From Candidatus Latescibacterota bacterium (GTDB taxonomy: Bacteria; Latescibacterota; UBA2968; GCA-2709665): a DNA stretch of 64,000 bases. Below, piece by piece: positions 20,614 through 30,368 of the stretch (position 1 is its first letter; every line of letters begins with the position of its first letter). The stretch is from contig CBDCOX010000002.1 in the NCBI GenBank assembly GCA_965219995.1, forward strand, positions 3,360,001-3,424,000, given 5' to 3'. The notes below the pieces were generated by a model. It did no database searches. It was not told the DNA's origin and worked only from the letters and a program-made list of their open reading frames with translations. The translations under genes and the position numbers were made by a program.

Positions 20614-20642
20614 AATATACTGATTTTTATCGAATTTGTCAA
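20614..20642 (-). promoter_or_regulatory. Sigma70 promoter of dnaN
   Basis: TTGACA-17-TATATT. Confidence 0.75.
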
Positions 20643-20899
20643 CGGATATTGTCTGTGTCGAGGTCCCGCGCAGGACCCCTCCCGAGGCGCCAATTGCGGG
20701 ATCACGGAAACGGCGGATTCAGCAGCCTCGTACAACCCTTCTCCGCACCGCGAAAAGCCACTGCTGTTTTCGACTGGTCTCGGAACCGATCCCGGTCGCC
20801 CCAACGTCGTTTTTCCCGGACTCGCACGTTCGCGGCCGACGGTCTTCGGACGCCGGCGACACGCAGCGCATTGTGTCCGTAATCCTCGCGGTCCAACCC

Positions 20900-21320
20900 G
20901 GATTTGCGGGATCTGTCCACATTCGCGATTGTGGATAACTCTTACCGAACTCATTGCGGATGTCGTGCGAATAACACTCATAAACTACGATTAATATGTA
21001 AAATACGGGGATCAAGCGTGTCAGGGCTCCGGAGAAATGAATCTGTGGAATGTTTTCCGGATAACCTGTGGATAGAGATTGGCGCACGGTACCTGTCCCG
21101 GGGATAGTGAATAAGCCTTCGGTTGCGCACAGGTTTTCCATATCAAACCGACAATTCCATTACCCCGTTTTTGCTTCCGGTCAGCGCTGAACTGCCAATT
21201 TTCCACTTTTCCACCGGGCTTATTGTTATTGTATCTTGATTAAATGTTATTGAAAAGATATAAAAATCAACAATGCCGGACGGAATTCCTGTGGATAGGT
21301 TCCGGTTTCCAAAAAAGAAA
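20900..21320. other. Chromosomal replication origin (oriC) between dnaA and dnaN
   Basis: Perfect DnaA box TGTGGATAA at 20930; near-consensus boxes at 20913, 20966, 21044, 21067, 21106, 21134, 21199, 21207, 21290; AT-rich tract 21220-21275. Confidence 0.88.
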
Positions 21321-21428
21321 CGACCGATACAAAACGTTTGTATCGGTCGTTCCGCAGGGAGACATGATGACAGGAGTCGTATTCAGCGGGCTTTGTTTGC
21401 CTTCACGGAAACACCGGCGAAGAAGGGT

Positions 21429-22856
21429 TCAGGCCGAAGAGAACTGCTGGACCCTGTTCTGGATGCGGCCGACAAGCGCCTCGAAATCGGGATCGGCAGA
21501 AAGCCTGGTGGCGATGTTCTTGCACGCGTGAATAACCGTTGTATGATCGCGATTTCCGAATTCAGTGCCGATTGACTTGAGGGGCGCCTCCGTAAGCCGT
21601 CTGCAAAGGTACATGCAGATATGCCTTGCCGTGGCGATATCCTGCTTTCGGGTGGAACCGGTCAGCATTTCCACGGGGATGTTAAAGAAGCCCGCCGTAC
21701 CCTTCTGAATCTTCTCGATGCTGATTGCGGGCGACATAATGGCATCGGCGCGTCCCAGACTCTTTATGGTATCCCTAGCAATCTGGAGGGAAACGGGAGC
21801 GCGTTTATATACCGAAAAAGTAATGAGATGGGTCAGAGCACCCTCCAGCTCCCTGATATTCGAGTCTACCTGCTCAGCCATGAAACGCGCGACGTCGGAC
21901 GGTATTCTGACGCCATGGTCTCCCGCCTTCTGATTGACAATTGCCATTCGGGTTTCCAGGTCCGGTCGGTCGATATCCGATACAAGCCCCCATTGAAACC
22001 TTGAAATCAGTCTGTCTTCGAATCCCTTCAGGGTTGACGGCGGCCGGTCGGAACTCAGGACGATCTGTTTGTTGTGTTGATACAATGTGTTGAAGGTGTG
22101 AATGAGTTCGCGCTGGCAGGCTTCGGTCTTTACGTAGAACTGAATGTCGTCGATGAGAAGAATGTCGGCATTTCGATAAATCTCGACATAAGCGGATGTA
22201 TCCTGCTTCCGGATGGCCTTCAGATAGTCGGTAAAGAACCTTTCGGCCGTCGTATACACCACGCGCCCGGCCGTGTGGTTCCGCACGCAATAGTCGGCGA
22301 TTGCCTGGAGCAAATGCGTTTTCCCGAGGCCCACGCCGCTATAGATGACGAGGGGATTGTAGGACGTCGTGCCCGGCGACTCCGCGACGGCTTTCGCCGC
22401 TGTAAACGAGAACTGATTGCTTTCACCGACGACGAAATCTTCGAACCGGTATCTGGGATTCAGCGGAAAAACGGCTTCGGATACAACAGCGGGTACGGGG
22501 TCTTCACTGGTCGGCCGGGCATTCGGGGCAGGCGGGGAATCATCGGTTATGGTGAAGTCGGGTGGCGACCCCGAGGCAGACCGGACGTTTATCTTGACGG
22601 CAAACCGAATTTCCGGCGTCCAGGAAGTGATTTCCTCGATTACAGACTTGATTAGATCGAGCCAATGTTCTTCAAGCCAGTCTCCGAAAAAGGAAGTTGG
22701 CACCTCAATAACCGCGAACTCCGCGTCCAGTCGTGGTGACAACGTCTCGGCGAACCAGGTACTGTACGCATCCGCCTCGATTTTCCCCTCGATTTTCCGC
22801 AGACACCTGCCCCAGAGGACGGAAGGATCTTCAACCATAAAGACAAAGCCACCCAT
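21429..22856 (-). CDS. dnaA: Chromosomal replication initiator DnaA
   Basis: LNPRY.FEDFVVG, YNPL..YSGVGLGKTHL, LIDDIQF, RLISRF, NIRELEG, RDHTTVIHA. Start 22856 or 22838. Confidence 0.98.
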   Translation of the reverse strand: MGGFVFMVEDPSVLWGRCLRKIEGKIEADAYSTWFAETLSPRLDAEFAVIEVPTSFFGDWLEEHWLDLIKSVIEEITSWTPEIRFAVKINVRSASGSPPDFTITDDSPPAPNARPTSEDPVPAVVSEAVFPLNPRYRFEDFVVGESNQFSFTAAKAVAESPGTTSYNPLVIYSGVGLGKTHLLQAIADYCVRNHTAGRVVYTTAERFFTDYLKAIRKQDTSAYVEIYRNADILLIDDIQFYVKTEACQRELIHTFNTLYQHNKQIVLSSDRPPSTLKGFEDRLISRFQWGLVSDIDRPDLETRMAIVNQKAGDHGVRIPSDVARFMAEQVDSNIRELEGALTHLITFSVYKRAPVSLQIARDTIKSLGRADAIMSPAISIEKIQKGTAGFFNIPVEMLTGSTRKQDIATARHICMYLCRRLTEAPLKSIGTEFGNRDHTTVIHACKNIATRLSADPDFEALVGRIQNRVQQFSSA

Positions 22857-23154
22857 ACATTAGCGAGGGACATGCGCCGTCGCTAAGCTCTATTTACAAT
22901 ATAAAAGAGAGTTGGCGGGGAAGTATGCCGAGCCCTGCCAGAAGCCAGAAGATCATCTATGGAGGGAGTATTGCAGAAGATATTCTGGGGGGATGGAATT
23001 CACGGCAGAGAAAGAGGTGAATTCCTTGTATACGGACAATAAAAAGGCCTGCCGGTTGCAGACCGGTCTCTGGAAAATAGCGGGAACAATAAAACTGATG
23101 ATCATGATGCGGGGGAGTCGCCGAAGGAACTGCCTCGGCAAAAAGGACGGCGCC

Positions 23155-23183
23155 AAACTAAAGAATGGATCTGCAAAAGTCAA
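23155..23183 (-). promoter_or_regulatory. Candidate sigma70 promoter of dnaA
   Basis: TTGACT-17-TAGTTT. Confidence 0.55.
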
Positions 23184-23321
23184 GCCCTTTCTGGCAGAAA
23201 AACCGCCTTGTTTTTCAACAATCGTCCTTTGACCTCGATATACCATATAGTGTATATTTCTCCCGATAAATACACCATTTAGTGGAGTTTTTCGTGATTG
23301 CATGGAGACCAATGAAATCCC

Positions 23322-23350
23322 TTGACAAAGATTCCTTCCCCGTCTATATT
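23322..23350 (+). promoter_or_regulatory. Sigma70 promoter of the rpmH operon
   Basis: TTGACA-17-TATATT; second candidate TTGACC-18-TATATT at 23229-23258. Confidence 0.75.
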
Positions 23351-23417
23351 CATAAGTTCCTACAATTCATTTAGATACAACAACAGCTGTTCTCTGCGCA
23401 ACGCACGGACAAGGGAT

Positions 23418-23552
23418 ATGAAGCGGACGTTCCAGCCCAGCAACCGGAAACGAAAAAACAAACACGGCTTTCGCCACCGCATGCGAACCCCAGGCGGGCG
23501 TCAGATCTTCTCCAGGCGCCGGCGCAAGGGCCGCGTACGGGTGTCCCTGTAA
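23418..23552 (+). CDS. rpmH: 50S ribosomal protein L34
   Basis: [26 protein letters not shown]....RRR.KGR. Confidence 0.98.
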   Translation: MKRTFQPSNRKRKNKHGFRHRMRTPGGRQIFSRRRRKGRVRVSL

Positions 23553-23553
23553 T

Positions 23554-23916
23554 ATGACGAGACCAGCCGCCGGATTGCGCGGCGAGGTTCACAGTCTCCG
23601 GCGGACCGGATCGTTATTCAAGGGTCGCTGGTTGCATGTCCGTGCAGGCAATGCCTCAGAAGATCGTATTATCATCTCCGTGCGCAAGCGGTTTGGAAAG
23701 GCCGTCGCGCGAAATCGCGCACGGCGGCGAATTCGCGCCATCTGCAGAGAAATGGCTCCGCACCGCAGCACGGGTCATCTGGTCATCATATCCGTCGGCG
23801 ACGGATCGGCCGCTGCAGGGTTCCGGGATCTGCGCAGAGACGTGATCGCTGCGTTTGGAAAACTGGGTCTTCTCCACGGGTCGGCCATCCCGCCGTTGGG
23901 GTTGCGTCCTCGTTGA
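23554..23916 (+). CDS. rnpA: Ribonuclease P protein component
   Basis: SVRKRFGKAVARNRARRRIR RNR motif; directly after rpmH. Confidence 0.88.
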   Translation: MTRPAAGLRGEVHSLRRTGSLFKGRWLHVRAGNASEDRIIISVRKRFGKAVARNRARRRIRAICREMAPHRSTGHLVIISVGDGSAAAGFRDLRRDVIAAFGKLGLLHGSAIPPLGLRPR

Positions 23917-24110
23917 ATCGCCCTCCGCTTTTTCTTCGGATGCGTGTCGCCCCCCGTACCATGCCCCCTCAGTGTTCTGACCCGGAAACTGATTGCCGAA
24001 ATCCGGTCGATGAGTCGCCCGGCTCGCATACGGTGTGCAAGCCGGGGCACTTCCAAGGGCTCACATTCCTTTCTGCAACTTGCAGAACCGCGACATCACA
24101 GGTCTGACGA

Positions 24111-25808
24111 ATGGACAAGCGTACAATTCTCGCCTTTATCTTGATCGGCCTGATCATCATCCTCTATCCCCATTACATGGAGTGGATTATGGGCGATCCG
24201 CCACCGGGTTCACCCCCGGAGCGGATCCCCTCCGAAAGCCTGAGAACGCCCCCTTCTCCGCCGCAGGAAACACCCGTCCCACAACCCGAGATCCGGCAAT
24301 CCGAGATTGCGCGGAAGGCCACGGACGACGTCTCGACCGGACAGCGGCCCGGCCCGGTCACCCCCGGAGAATTCATCCCGCAAGACGTCTTTATAGAGAC
24401 CGACCTGTTTACCGCGACATTCAGTACGCGGGGCGGGGTATTAACCCGGCTTCGGCTGAAGGCGTACGAACATCCGGACGGCGGGCAACTGGATCTGATT
24501 GCGCCCGGGTGCGCCGCGCTGGGCCTTTCTCTGGCCGGTGAATCGCTGGATGCATACGAGTTTTCCACGAACACGCCGCGGCTTACGCTGGTCGGCGCGG
24601 AGCAGGCCGAGCTGATCTTCAATGGTCAGGTTGGAACGCGCACGATTGAGAAGCGGATCCGCTTTCAGGGCAACCGGTACCGGGCGGACATGGCGGTGGC
24701 CGTTTCCGCACTGGAGCCGCAGGAGAAACTGGGCGTGCGATGGTCGGGCAGTCTTGCCGACACCGAGAACAACCCGGAAGAGAACGCAGCCTACATGTCG
24801 GTTGTCACGCGGGCGGGCGGCGAAGTCGAGACCTGGAACGTGGATGACATGGGCCCCGACGGCGATCCCCCGCCGGGCGGACGGATCTCGTGGGTCGGGA
24901 TACGGAACAAATATTTCCTGATTGCCCTGATTCCGCCGGAGGGCAGCTACAGCCTGAATCTGGGCGGCGAGTTCCGCGATATCGACGAATGGTACGACGT
25001 CGAAATCCTGGCGAAGGGTGTCGATCCCGGACAACGGTACGGCGTCTATTTCGGCCCGATCTCGTACGATCGGCTCAGGCAGCAGAACCAGGACCTGTGG
25101 AGCAATTTCCGGGAACTGGAGATGGAGGAGTTCATGGAGTATGGCTTCGCCATCTTCCGGCCCATCATTAAACCGATCACCAACCTGAATCTTCGTGCTT
25201 TTCTTGCGCTCCATCCCCTGATCCCGAACTACGGCCTGGTGATCATCGTTTTCTCCGTTCTGATCAAAATCGTGGTGTTTCCACTGACGCACAAGAGTCT
25301 CGAGGCTGCCGCGAAGATGCAGCAGTTTCAGCCCAGGATCGCCGCGCTGCGCGAGAAATACCCGGACGACCAGCAGAAGGTCAACCGGGAGATGATGAAG
25401 CTCTACAAGGAAGAAGGCGTAAACCCTCTGGGCGGGTGCCTTCCGATGGTCATCCAGATGCCCATCCTCTTTTCGCTGTTCAATGTGTTCCGCGGCGCAA
25501 TCGAACTCCGACAGTCCGAGTTCATGTTCTGGATTACGGACCTGTCCCAGCCGGACCGGCTGTTCATCGGGGGATTTGAAATCCACCTCCTGCCGCTGCT
25601 GATGGCCGTCTCGACGTTCGTGCAGTCGAAAATGACCATGAAAGATCCCAAGCAGGCGTTCATGGTCTACATCATGCCCGTATTCATGACCTGGATATTC
25701 TGGAGCATGTCCTCCGGTCTGGTGCTGTACTGGACGATGTTCAACGTACTCACGATTTTGCAGCAACAAGTTATGGAACGTGTGAAACGCGTGCTGGGCA
25801 CGCGCTGA
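24111..25808 (+). CDS. yidC: Membrane protein insertase YidC
   Basis: MDKRTILAF TM, periplasmic domain, NYGLVII, GVNPLGGCLP, FWITDLS, SGLVLYW. Confidence 0.97.
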   Translation: MDKRTILAFILIGLIIILYPHYMEWIMGDPPPGSPPERIPSESLRTPPSPPQETPVPQPEIRQSEIARKATDDVSTGQRPGPVTPGEFIPQDVFIETDLFTATFSTRGGVLTRLRLKAYEHPDGGQLDLIAPGCAALGLSLAGESLDAYEFSTNTPRLTLVGAEQAELIFNGQVGTRTIEKRIRFQGNRYRADMAVAVSALEPQEKLGVRWSGSLADTENNPEENAAYMSVVTRAGGEVETWNVDDMGPDGDPPPGGRISWVGIRNKYFLIALIPPEGSYSLNLGGEFRDIDEWYDVEILAKGVDPGQRYGVYFGPISYDRLRQQNQDLWSNFRELEMEEFMEYGFAIFRPIIKPITNLNLRAFLALHPLIPNYGLVIIVFSVLIKIVVFPLTHKSLEAAAKMQQFQPRIAALREKYPDDQQKVNREMMKLYKEEGVNPLGGCLPMVIQMPILFSLFNVFRGAIELRQSEFMFWITDLSQPDRLFIGGFEIHLLPLLMAVSTFVQSKMTMKDPKQAFMVYIMPVFMTWIFWSMSSGLVLYWTMFNVLTILQQQVMERVKRVLGTR

Positions 25809-25820
25809 GGGTTTGTCCCG

Positions 25821-27176
25821 ATGAGACCATCGGACCGCGATACCATTGTCGCAATCGCCACCGGTAACGGCGAGGCAGCGATAGGCATCGTCCGGCTTAC
25901 GGGTCCGGAGGCGGTAGGAATCGCCTCCGGGTTTTTTTGTGGCGCGGGTGAATTGAGGGGAATAGAGGACCGCCGCCTGACGTATGGAAGGTTTGTGGTT
26001 GGAGACCAGGTCCTGGACGAGGTCCTCGTCTCTGTCATGAGGGGTTCCAGGTCGTTTACGGGCGAAGACACGGTCGAGTTCAACTGCCACGGCGGCCCCT
26101 TTCTTTTGCGGCGCGCGATGGAGGCGCTGGTCTCGGCGGGCGCACGCCCCGCCGAACCGGGCGAATTCACCCGGCGGGCATTTCTCAGCGGCCGAATCGA
26201 TCTTACCCAGGCCGAAGCGATATCGGATATGATCAGCGCCCGGGCCGACCGGGGTCTTCGGTCCGCCTATTTCCAGTTGCGCGGTGGTCTGAGGGCCCGG
26301 TTCGAAGATCTGGCGGAAGCCCTGCGGGATTCGCTGACAATGCTCGAGGCGGGACTGGATTTTTACGAAGACGCGGGTGTCGAACAGGACGCGATGCGTC
26401 CGTCGCTCACGCGGGCGGCGGAAGAAATCGAGCGGCTGATCGCCTCGTATCAACACGGAAAAATCATACGCGAAGGCGCCCTGGTCGCCCTGGCCGGCCC
26501 GCCGAACGCCGGCAAATCGAGCCTGCTCAACCGGCTGCTGGAAGAGGACCGCGCCATCGTTTCGCCGGTTTCCGGAACCACGCGGGACACGATTGAGGAG
26601 TCGATCATCCTGGACGGCATTCGCGTCACGCTGGTCGACACGGCCGGGATTGCGAAACCGCGTGATGACATTGAGCGGGAGGGCGCGCGACGTTCACGCA
26701 AGGCGATCGCGCGGGCCGGCCTCGTGCTGCTGATCGTGGATGCGTCCGTCCCCGCAGCCCCCGGGCTGGAAGCGATGGTGGAGGGCGTGACTCCCGAAAA
26801 CGTGCTTCTCGTCAAGAACAAGCAGGATCTCGGCCTCCACGACGACTGGCGGGGGACGCACATGTTTCAGGGACTCTCCACCTCCGCCCTCACGGGGGAG
26901 GGTCTTGACAGCCTCAGGAAGCGTGTCCGCGGGTGCGTGATGGCGGTATCCGATCCCGATCCTGGCGTGGTAACGCACGCGCGACACGTGGAGGCGTTGC
27001 AGCGGGCCGGAGACGCGCTCGGCAGGGCAACCGGGGCGCTTGGCGAGGAACTTCCCGGAGAGGTGGTGGCGCTGGAACTGCGGGAGGCAACCGACGCGTT
27101 GGCGGAGATTGTCGGCGAAACCACGTCGGAGGACATCCTGGACCGGATCTTCAGTACATTTTGTATAGGCAAATAG
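25821..27176 (+). CDS. mnmE: tRNA modification GTPase MnmE
   Basis: DTIVAIAT, SFTGED, GPPNAGKSS, GTTRD, DTAG, NKQD, FCIGK end. Confidence 0.97.
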   Translation: MRPSDRDTIVAIATGNGEAAIGIVRLTGPEAVGIASGFFCGAGELRGIEDRRLTYGRFVVGDQVLDEVLVSVMRGSRSFTGEDTVEFNCHGGPFLLRRAMEALVSAGARPAEPGEFTRRAFLSGRIDLTQAEAISDMISARADRGLRSAYFQLRGGLRARFEDLAEALRDSLTMLEAGLDFYEDAGVEQDAMRPSLTRAAEEIERLIASYQHGKIIREGALVALAGPPNAGKSSLLNRLLEEDRAIVSPVSGTTRDTIEESIILDGIRVTLVDTAGIAKPRDDIEREGARRSRKAIARAGLVLLIVDASVPAAPGLEAMVEGVTPENVLLVKNKQDLGLHDDWRGTHMFQGLSTSALTGEGLDSLRKRVRGCVMAVSDPDPGVVTHARHVEALQRAGDALGRATGALGEELPGEVVALELREATDALAEIVGETTSEDILDRIFSTFCIGK

Positions 27177-27177
27177 C

Positions 27178-27388
27178 ATAAAGGCGGTGAGACGGAAGAC
27201 GGTAGACGGTAGAAAAAAGCGGTAAGACGTGAGACGGTAGACGGTAGAAAAAAGCGGTAAGACGTGAGACGGTAGACGGTAGATGACATCTTTGCCCGAT
27301 AGGTTGCTCCTTTTTGCCTGCGGCAAGAAATGAAACCGAACAGGCAATGATATTTTCTCACGTCTTGCGTCTCACGTCTCACCGGTTT
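27178..27388. repeat. Heptamer-armed hairpin element family B, with a 35-bp left arm triplicated in tandem
   Basis: aaaaaagcggtaagacgtgagacggtagacggtag twice exact plus one diverged copy (27178-27282); core with tgcc-tgc-ggca apex; inverted right arm ...ctcacgtctcaccggttt. Confidence 0.8.
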
Positions 27389-27392
27389 GTAA

Positions 27393-27408
27393 TGTTCCAC
27401 GTGAAACA
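27393..27408. promoter_or_regulatory. parS centromere site
   Basis: TGTTCCACGTGAAACA, matching the parS consensus TGTTNCACGTGAAACA, about 6 kb from oriC. Confidence 0.85.
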
Positions 27409-27465
27409 TCATACCCGATATGTAAAACCGGCGCGTTGTCGCCGGCGGACGCGTGCGGAGGAACG

Positions 27466-28110
27466 GTGACGGATCAGGAGTTTCTGACGGCCGCCGAAGC
27501 GCTGTCCGTCACCCTTTCTGACGAACAGGCCTCGCGGTTTTTTCAATTTGAAGCGCTGCTCCGGTCGTGGGCCGAACGGGTAAGACTGGTGTCCCGGGGA
27601 GACCGGGACAGGATCAGGGCGCGTCACTTTATCGAGAGTCTGCGGGTGGTTCCCTTTCTTCCGGAAGGGCCGATTTCGCTCCTGGACCTGGGATCGGGCG
27701 GGGGTTTCCCGGGCGTTCCGGTCAAGATCGCCCGTCCGGAAGTGGAGGTCGTACTCCTGGAGTCGGCAAGAATGAAGGCGCTCTTTCTGAAACACCTGGT
27801 CGGTGAACTCGAAATGGACGGGCTGTCCGTTTTGCACGAGCGGGCGGAGGTTGCCTGCGAACGCGAGGAAAATCGGGGGAGATTCGATATTGTAACTGCA
27901 CGTGCTGTGGGCGCCCTGCCGGTCCTGTGGCGCCTATCGTCAGGCTTCCTCACGAAGGGCGGCGAGCTGTTCGCGCTAAAGGGGCCTGGCGCGCGCCGGG
28001 AGGCGGAGGAATTCGGGCTCGACGGTCCCGTCGTGACCATAGAAGCCGGGGCGCCGGGGGTCCGGCGAAGGAACACGGTTCTTGTCAGGGCTTCCGCCCG
28101 GCGCGAATGA
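27466..28110 (+). CDS. rsmG: 16S rRNA m7G527 methyltransferase
   Basis: RHFIESL, DLGSGGGFPG, RAE, TARAV, LKG; GTG start after GGAGG. Confidence 0.93.
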   Translation: MTDQEFLTAAEALSVTLSDEQASRFFQFEALLRSWAERVRLVSRGDRDRIRARHFIESLRVVPFLPEGPISLLDLGSGGGFPGVPVKIARPEVEVVLLESARMKALFLKHLVGELEMDGLSVLHERAEVACEREENRGRFDIVTARAVGALPVLWRLSSGFLTKGGELFALKGPGARREAEEFGLDGPVVTIEAGAPGVRRRNTVLVRASARRE

Positions 28111-28509
28111 TCACTCGGCCTGGACGAGTTCGATCAGGACGCCCGATGCGCTCCGGGGATGGATGAAAGCCACCCGCCGGCCGAGCGCGCCCGTCCGGAT
28201 TCCGCCGGCGATTGCGACGCCCCGGTCCTTGCAGGCCGAGACGGCGGCATCGATATTTTTAACACGGACGGCAATATGGTGCAGACCCTGTCCCTTCCTG
28301 GAAAGGAACCGTGTCAGGGAACTCCCTTCGTGCGTTGGTTCCAGGAGTTCGAGCCGGATCAGGCCGGTTCCGCCCAGAAATACCGCCCGGACACCTTCGG
28401 CTTCCACGGTCTCTTCGTCCGTTGTTTCAAAACCGAGCATCGCATAGACGGCCAGTGCCCGGTCAATCCCCTCCACCGCGATGCCCACATGATCCACGTG
28501 TCCGTCCAC
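28111..28509 (-). CDS. mce: Methylmalonyl-CoA epimerase
   Basis: DHVGIAV, ELLEP, GLHHIA, FIHP...GVLIELVQ; directly after the mutase. Confidence 0.92.
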   Translation of the reverse strand: MDGHVDHVGIAVEGIDRALAVYAMLGFETTDEETVEAEGVRAVFLGGTGLIRLELLEPTHEGSSLTRFLSRKGQGLHHIAVRVKNIDAAVSACKDRGVAIAGGIRTGALGRRVAFIHPRSASGVLIELVQAE

Positions 28510-28511
28510 GG

Positions 28512-30368
28512 TTATCCTCCCGGTCTGTAGGATCCAAAAGCGGAACGCAGCCTGTCCGATATCTCGCCAACCGTCCCGCCGGCGAACCCTGCCGCCACGA
28601 CCGCTTCCGTTATCGACCCCGTGCCCCGCGCCCGTCGTTCGACGTTGTCCAGCGCAGCCTGCAGGGCATCGGAATCCCGCAGGGCCCGTGTCCGCGCCAG
28701 GCCCAGTTTCTGACTTTGTTCCGAGTCCTGTGTGGGTTGGAAGGTCGAAACCGGCACGTCAGGATCTCCCTGAAAACGGTTCACCCCCACCACCACGGTC
28801 TCCCCGGACTCGATCTTCTTTTGCGCATGGTATGCCGAGTCCGCAATACAGCCCGCCGTAAAGCCGTTTGCGGCCGCCTGACCCGCCCCGCCCTCGCGGT
28901 CGACCGCCTCCAGTACGGCCATAGCTTCCTCCTCCAGTTCATCGGTCATTTTTTCGACCGCGTACGACCCTCCCATGGGATCGATGGTATCCGGGATGCC
29001 GCTTTCGTAGGCGAGGATCTGCTGCGTTCGTACCGCCAGTTGCGCGCCCGCATCCGTTGGCAGACCCAGCGCTTCATCGTACGCGTTGACGTGCAATGAC
29101 TGGGCGCCGCCCAGAACGGCGGCCAGCGCCTGCAGCGTGGTCCGTGCGCAGTTGTTCATCGGCTGCTGGGCCGTGAGGGTCGAGCCGGCGGTCTGCGCAT
29201 GGAATCTCAGGCGCCTGCAGCGCGGATCCTCCACACCGAGGCGTTCCTGGACGAGGCGGCTCCAGAGTCGTCTTGCCGCGCGGAATTTTGCGATTTCCTC
29301 CAGAAAATGGTTGTGGACGCCGTAAAAGAAGGAGAATTTCGGGAGGAACCGCTCCGGTTCGAGCCCTGCAGCGATGGCGGCATCGGCATACGACAGGGCG
29401 TGGGCGAGCGTAAAGCCAAGCTCCTGCGCGGCGGTTGCGCCGGCCTCCCTCATGTGGTAACCGCTGACGCTGATTGGATTCCATTTTGGCGCCTCTCTGA
29501 GACAATAGTCCATCAGATCGACCACCAGGCGCATCGAGTCGGCAATCGGGAAGACATATGTTCCACGTGAAACATATTCCTTGAGAATATCATTCTGGAC
29601 CGTGCCGGTAAGCGCCCGCGAAGGCAGACCTCGTTTCTTTCCGAGGCCCGCGTAGAACGCGAACAGGATGCACGCCGTCGCGTTGATCGTCATCGATGTA
29701 CTGATGCGGTCGAGCGGGATACCATCGAACAGGGCATCCAGGTCCCAGAGGCCGTCCACCGCCACGCCCACCCTGCCCACCTCGCCGTCGGCGTTTGGAT
29801 GGTCCGAGTCGTAGCCCATCTGGGTGGGCAGGTCGAACGCCACGCTCAAGCCGGTCTGACCCCGGGCAAGCAGATCGCGAAACCGGGTGTTGGTCTCCGC
29901 GGGGGTGGAAAATCCCGCGTACTGGCGGAAGGTCCAGAGGCGTCCGCGATACATGGAGGGATAGGCGCCGCGGGTGAAGGGGGGTTCGCCCGGGCGTCCG
30001 ATCCGGTCCTGAGCGTCGCCGTCGCTTCCGTCTCCGCTGCCCCCTGCCCCCGCGGAATGTGGTTCGCTATTGACCCCGCCGTCGCACGTTTTCACGCTCT
30101 CGGAGGGGCCGGCAAGAAGTCCTGCCATCCGGTCGAACAGGCGCCTGGCTTCTGCCGAAGTGGCGCGCTGCCTGTAGGCCTGCAACAGGAGCGTACCGGA
30201 GTCCAGGTCAAGGGCGGCCGCCAGATCCAGGCATCGTTTGTCCGAAGGAATTCGCTTTCCGCTCTCGATCTGTCCGATATAGGTGCCCCAGACGCCGATC
30301 GATTCACCCAGACCCTGCTGGCTGAACCTGCCCTGGCGCGCTTTCCTGATCATCTTGCCGAAATCCAT
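28512..30368 (-). CDS. XRE-HTH fused to methylmalonyl-CoA mutase large (substrate-binding) subunit
   Basis: N-terminal HTH (FSQQGLGESIGVWGTYIGQIESGKRIPS), G/S linker, then PFTRG, RQYAGF, GLSVAFDLPTQMG, QNDILKEY, SGYHMREAG; no DxHxxG B12 domain. Start 30368 or 30383. Confidence 0.9.
   Translation of the reverse strand: MDFGKMIRKARQGRFSQQGLGESIGVWGTYIGQIESGKRIPSDKRCLDLAAALDLDSGTLLLQAYRQRATSAEARRLFDRMAGLLAGPSESVKTCDGGVNSEPHSAGAGGSGDGSDGDAQDRIGRPGEPPFTRGAYPSMYRGRLWTFRQYAGFSTPAETNTRFRDLLARGQTGLSVAFDLPTQMGYDSDHPNADGEVGRVGVAVDGLWDLDALFDGIPLDRISTSMTINATACILFAFYAGLGKKRGLPSRALTGTVQNDILKEYVSRGTYVFPIADSMRLVVDLMDYCLREAPKWNPISVSGYHMREAGATAAQELGFTLAHALSYADAAIAAGLEPERFLPKFSFFYGVHNHFLEEIAKFRAARRLWSRLVQERLGVEDPRCRRLRFHAQTAGSTLTAQQPMNNCARTTLQALAAVLGGAQSLHVNAYDEALGLPTDAGAQLAVRTQQILAYESGIPDTIDPMGGSYAVEKMTDELEEEAMAVLEAVDREGGAGQAAANGFTAGCIADSAYHAQKKIESGETVVVGVNRFQGDPDVPVSTFQPTQDSEQSQKLGLARTRALRDSDALQAALDNVERRARGTGSITEAVVAAGFAGGTVGEISDRLRSAFGSYRPGG
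29559..29574. promoter_or_regulatory. parS centromere site inside the mutase CDS
   Basis: TGTTCCACGTGAAACA identical to the 27393 copy, extended by ata/tat flanks. Confidence 0.8.

Noticed and set aside
22912-23312. ORFs in the dnaA-rpmH gap
   Set aside because: They overlap promoter elements on both strands and lack recognisable protein features
27178-27282. 35-bp direct repeats as a possible CRISPR array
   Set aside because: Repeats are contiguous with no spacers, have 7-bp internal periodicity, and no cas genes are present
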